Assembly (NCBI GenBank): GCA_963803435.1
Contig: CAWDML010000001.1
Location: 1,056,001-1,120,000 of the forward strand
DNA from: an uncultured delta proteobacterium
Lineage (GTDB): Bacteria > Myxococcota > Kuafuiibacteriia > Kuafuiibacteriales > Kuafuiibacteriaceae
DNA: 64,000 nt
Direction of reading: 5' to 3'
Positions 59,871 through 64,000 of the stretch are shown here, piece after piece. The position numbers and the translations under genes were made by a program. Each line of letters begins with the position of its first letter. The first letter of the stretch is position 1. The notes under the pieces are model-generated. The model had not been told where the DNA came from. It searched no databases and saw nothing but the letters and a program-made list of their open reading frames with translations.

Positions 59871-61799
59871 CGAATCTCGAGGTTCTCGAACACCGCGCGC
59901 CCCGTGACCACCGCCAGCGCGATGCGGCCCGACTCAGGACGAGGTGTCTCGCACGTGAGCTCGAGCGTGCCGTCGGCGTCGAGGTCGATGGTGACGCGAC
60001 CCTGGGTCCGCGCGACCCGGATGCGATGAAAGCCGGGCTCGGCGAGGACCCGGGTCTCTGCGGCGGTGCAAGCCAGCTTGCCGCGGCTCGAATCCGGCGG
60101 GCGCGCGATCGACGAAGCTGGCCCCCGCGAGCACCGCGTAGTCGAAGCGATCGTCGTTCAGGCCGAAGGCGATCGCCGCCTTGGCCTGGCCTTCCAGCTC
60201 GAGGTCGAAGGTGACGTCGAAGTCTCCGAACGGGCGCTCGAGGAGCACCGCGAGCTCCTCGGGGAGCGTGCTGCCCGGCGGGGCCGCCCGGAACGCCGCC
60301 AAGCCCTCCTCGGTCCGCTGCCACGCCGCCGGCCGGAGCGGAACCACGCCGAGCTCCTGCGGTCCGGCCGCGAGCTCGCCCTGGGCGCCGTACAGACCGA
60401 GCGCCGCGCCCGGTCCCGGATTGAACGACAGATATGTCCCGTCCTCGGCGCGCAGCAGCGCGCGGCCGTCGGGGAGGCGCGCACCGGCCAGCGGGCCGGT
60501 CAGCCCTTCGAGCGGGGGGATCGCGACCGCGCGGGAGGGGAGGAACCGGATCCAGCGGATCGGCCCCCCCTCTTCCGGAAACAAGAGGAGGCTGCCGTCA
60601 CCCAGCTCGGTGAGTTGGCCACCCGCGACGGGCGCCGCCAGCGCGGTGACCGTCGAGGTGTCGCCGATCGGAAAGTCGCGCTCCGTTCGAACGATCACCG
60701 CGTCGATCCGGTCGCTCGGGAGGCCGCTCGCGTCGATTCCGCCGGCGACGATGACTGCGCCGCTCCGCGACGTGATCACCGCCGGTCGGATCACCTTTCG
60801 TCGCAGTGGGATCTGGTCGGTGAGCGGCGAGCCTCGCTCGGGGACGAAGACCGTGGCCGTCCCGAGCGCGCTCGCGGTGCTGGTGTTCGTGCGACCGCCC
60901 ACGAACAGCACGCGCTGATCGCTGATCACCGCCGCGCTCGCGCCGGTCCGCGGCGACTCGAGGTTGCCGATCTGGTTGAACTCGAGCGTCGTCGGGCTGA
61001 AGCGCTGCACCGCGGCCGAGGGGACGGGCGTGCCGTCGCCGCCACCGATGATCGCGAGCGCGGAGGAGACTGCGGCGACCGCCGAGCCCGGGCGCGACAC
61101 CTCCGGGCCCACGCGCGCGACGCGCGCCGCGCCGCCGGCGACGTCGAGGATCGCCACATCCTCGGCGACCTGGGTGACGCTGCATCCCGGCGCGACCTCG
61201 CCGCCGATCACGAGGACGCGGCCGTCGGTGAGACGGCCGGCGAAGTAGCGCCCGGCGCGACCGCCGGCGATGGGCGGGCCAGCCTCGATCCCCCCGATCG
61301 AGGCGACTTCGGTGGACTCGACCATGCACCCCGACGCGTCGCGCCCGCCGAGGAACAGGATGCGCCCGTCGTCGAGCGCGACCGCCCGGGCGCCGCCGAA
61401 CCGGGCCGGCCCGACAGCCGAGAGGCGCGTGAGCACGCCGACCTGGCTGAAGAAGATCGAGATCGGCCCCTCCGGCGGCGCATGGAGAAGATCGAGGGAC
61501 GCGCTCGCGCCCGAGGACACCACCTCGCCGTCCGAGGTCAGCCCCTCCACCACGAGGCGCTCGACGGTCGGATCGAGCGGGACCGGCAGGGCGATGGGCC
61601 CCTGGTCCCACCGATCCTCACCGAGGGCCACCATCTGCCCGCCCACCAGCGCGCGCATGCGGACGGTCTCGATCCGCGCGAAGGGATCGGGGGCCTCGCT
61701 CCAGACGAGGTTGACCTCGATGTCCAACTTGCGCGTACATCCCGCCAGAAGGAGCGCGAGCCCGGCCACCGCGTTGAGTTTCCGAACCGCCGGCGGCAT
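59867..61799 (-). CDS. Kelch-repeat lipoprotein, frameshift near 60075
   Basis: Lipobox LAGC; LDDGRILFLGG, LTDGRVLVIGG, RVLFVGG; C-terminus in a second frame ends with an ATGA overlap. Confidence 0.75.
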
Positions 61800-61820
61800 G
61801 ATTCTTCGCGCCGCGATCCT

Positions 61821-63602
61821 GTGTTCCGGCCGACCACCTTTGGGAAGTACTTCCTGACCCGCCGTCTGGCGGTGGGCGGGATGGCCGAGGTTTTTCAAGC
61901 CAAGCTGTACGGCGCGGACGGGTTCGAGAAAGACCTGGTCATCAAGCAGATCCTGCCCCAGTACGCGCGGGATCCCGAGTTCGTGCAGAGCTTCGTCGCA
62001 GAGGCGAAGATCGCCGTCACCCTCAACCATGCCAACGTCGTCGGGATCTACGAGCTCGGGCGCGTGGACGGCACGTACTTCATCGCCATGGAGTTCGTCC
62101 ACGGGCTGGACGTCTTCTCCCTGATCGACGCGGCCAAGCGGCACGGGCGGAAGATTAGCATCGGTTCGAGCCTCTTGATCGTCGAGGAGGTGGCGAAAGG
62201 CCTCGACTACGCCCACCGCAAGGTCGGCCCCGACGGGCTCCCGCTGGGGCTGGTGCACCGGGATCTCAACCCGCGCAACGTCCTGATCTCCACGGAGGGC
62301 GACGTAAAGATCCTGGACTTCGGCATCGCCAAGACCGCCAGCACGGTCGCCGCGATGCCGAAGACGCGAGCGGGGGTGGTCAAAGGCACCACCGGCTACA
62401 TGAGCCCCGAGCAGGCCATGGGCCGGGAGATCGACGCGCGGACCGACATCTATCAGGCGGGCCTGATGCTCTTCGAGCTGTTGACCGGCACGGCGCTCTT
62501 CTGGCGGCCCGACGATCAGGAGACCCGCGACCTGATGCGCCAGCATCGGCTGGTCCCGCCCTCGAGGCTCGCGCCCGAGGTCCCGGCCGAGCTCGATCGG
62601 ATCGTGATCCGCTGCCTGGACCGCAACGCCAACAATCGCTACCAGACCGCGGCCGAGCTGGCGTCCGAGGTCGGTCGCATCCGCTTCCTCCAGCACCCGG
62701 AGATCCATCACCGCGCCATCGGCGATCTGGTCGCCGAGCTGATGAAGCTGGAGGCGGTCGAGGAGGTGGTGACGTCGCAGGCGCTGCCCTCGACGCAGGA
62801 GCTCGAGGCGGTCATCTCCAAGGCCATCGAGCACTCGATCACCGGCGACATCGAGACGATCGCCACCCGCGCGCCCTCCGGCGTCCTTCGGCCCAAACTG
62901 CCGGCCACCGGATCGATCCCGCTGGCGGGCCCCGGCACCGCCCACGTCTCCGAGGTCGGGCCGGCGCCTCCGGATCCGGCCGCGCTGGGGAGCCCGCCGA
63001 CCGCCGTCCGCCCCGCGCGGCGCTCGCCGCTCGCGATGCTGGTGAGCGCGGCGGTCTTCGGTCTGGTCGGGCTGGGCGTCCTCTCTTCGATGCGGAGCGA
63101 GGGCGAGCCTCCGCCGGTGACCCCACTGGCCTCCAGGACGGAGGTCATCCCGCGAGGCCACGACACGCCGGACGCCGGCATGATGGTCGCCGAGCTCGAG
63201 GACGACGCCGAGACCGTCGAGGAGGTTACCCCGCCCTCCGCGGCGCTCGACGCCGGGCCGCGCCCCCGGATCCTGAGGCCCGCCCATCGCCGGCCGAGCA
63301 AGCGCAAGGAGCCCGCGACGACCGCCTTCGGTACGGTCGCATTCGGCACGCGGTCGTGCTCGAGCCGCGTCACGGTCGACGGCCACGTGGTCACCCGCTC
63401 CACGCCCTCGTTCGATCACAAGCTGTCCGCCGGCGAGCACCGCGTCGTCCTCGAGGGCACCAGCTGCCCCGCGATCGAGCAGCCGGGATCGCTCAAGCGC
63501 ACCACGCCCTCGGTGGCCACCACCATCCAGGTCGAGCCGGGCGGGACGATGAAGGTCATCGCCGACTTCGAGCACGATCAGGTGATCGTGCGGGGACGTT
63601 GA
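61821..63602 (+). CDS. Transmembrane Ser/Thr protein kinase with C-terminal PEGA-like domain
   Basis: GGMAEVF, HRDLNPRN, DFGIAK, GYMSPEQ; TM helix; VTVDGH..TP. Confidence 0.9.
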   Translation: MFRPTTFGKYFLTRRLAVGGMAEVFQAKLYGADGFEKDLVIKQILPQYARDPEFVQSFVAEAKIAVTLNHANVVGIYELGRVDGTYFIAMEFVHGLDVFSLIDAAKRHGRKISIGSSLLIVEEVAKGLDYAHRKVGPDGLPLGLVHRDLNPRNVLISTEGDVKILDFGIAKTASTVAAMPKTRAGVVKGTTGYMSPEQAMGREIDARTDIYQAGLMLFELLTGTALFWRPDDQETRDLMRQHRLVPPSRLAPEVPAELDRIVIRCLDRNANNRYQTAAELASEVGRIRFLQHPEIHHRAIGDLVAELMKLEAVEEVVTSQALPSTQELEAVISKAIEHSITGDIETIATRAPSGVLRPKLPATGSIPLAGPGTAHVSEVGPAPPDPAALGSPPTAVRPARRSPLAMLVSAAVFGLVGLGVLSSMRSEGEPPPVTPLASRTEVIPRGHDTPDAGMMVAELEDDAETVEEVTPPSAALDAGPRPRILRPAHRRPSKRKEPATTAFGTVAFGTRSCSSRVTVDGHVVTRSTPSFDHKLSAGEHRVVLEGTSCPAIEQPGSLKRTTPSVATTIQVEPGGTMKVIADFEHDQVIVRGR

Positions 63603-63606
63603 GCCG

Positions 63607-64000
63607 ATGACGACGGAAGCGTTCGAGAAGGCCGACGAGCTGCTCCGCAAGGGCAAGTATCCGCAGGCGATCGAGCTCCTCCGGGCACTCCTGGGCGCAC
63701 AGCCGGAGAACGGCGAGCTGAGGGCGAAGGTCGCCGAGGCCTACCGCCTGTCCGGCAACCTCGAGCGCGCCTTTCACCACTTCAACAGGGGCGCCCAGGT
63801 CTTTCAGCGCGCCGGCGATCTTCCCGGCGCCTGCCGCATGCTCAAGGCCGCCAACAGCGTGAGCCCCAACGAGCCCGACATCCTCTACCGCATGGCCGAG
63901 TGCCTGAAGCTGCTCGACAGCCAGATCGAGCTCGACCTGGTGTTGAAGCAGCTGATCACGGTGGCCCGCGGGGTCGGCGACCGGCGCCGCCTGTGGGCGC
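63607..64000 (+). CDS. TPR-repeat protein (3'-partial)
   Basis: MTTEAFEKADELLRKGKYPQAIELL...AEAYRLSG; frame open to window end. Confidence 0.8.
   Translation, partial: MTTEAFEKADELLRKGKYPQAIELLRALLGAQPENGELRAKVAEAYRLSGNLERAFHHFNRGAQVFQRAGDLPGACRMLKAANSVSPNEPDILYRMAECLKLLDSQIELDLVLKQLITVARGVGDRRRLWA

Noticed and set aside
59934-63656. 1240-aa minus ORF and 1178-aa plus ORF as giant overlapping genes
   Set aside because: High-GC shadow extensions; the real genes are the kelch protein (to 61799) and the kinase (from 61821), which are divergent

Overview
High-GC window that looks like Myxococcota DNA (MYXO-CTERM motif, DUF4215 Cys-repeat lipoproteins, three Hanks-type Ser/Thr kinases, FHA-sigma54 activator). 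Many otherwise intact genes carry single-base frameshifts, often at homopolymers, so this is probably an unpolished long-read assembly. 1-23 kb is a patchy accessory region: STAND/TPR regulator, two peptidoglycan amidases, an IS91-family remnant, an Ntox28-type toxin with a HEAT-repeat immunity gene, a convergent MbnH/MbnP locus, a solo IS5 end, a TA-like nucleotidyltransferase pair and gene fragments. 23-54 kb is operon-dense: DUF2461, surface lipoproteins, CoxS/rubredoxin, acyltransferase/SDR, VKOR-OmpA-TlpA, a kinase-SBP-TonB receptor operon, a kinase-roadblock-OmpA-V4R operon divergent from a pentaheme/DUF3365/heme-b membrane module, and a B12 radical SAM/methyltransferase pair. 54.7-57.1 kb is a nested IS1182/IS5 complex in which each element carries a four-helix-bundle passenger gene and repeat-rich inverted ends. 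No rRNA, tRNA or CRISPR array was recognised. Best novelty candidates: the GTPase-less roadblock/V4R/kinase plus heme module, the amidase polyprotein with an internal MYXO-CTERM, the four-helix-bundle IS elements and the Ntox28 toxin. All family calls come from motif recognition; no database searches were run.
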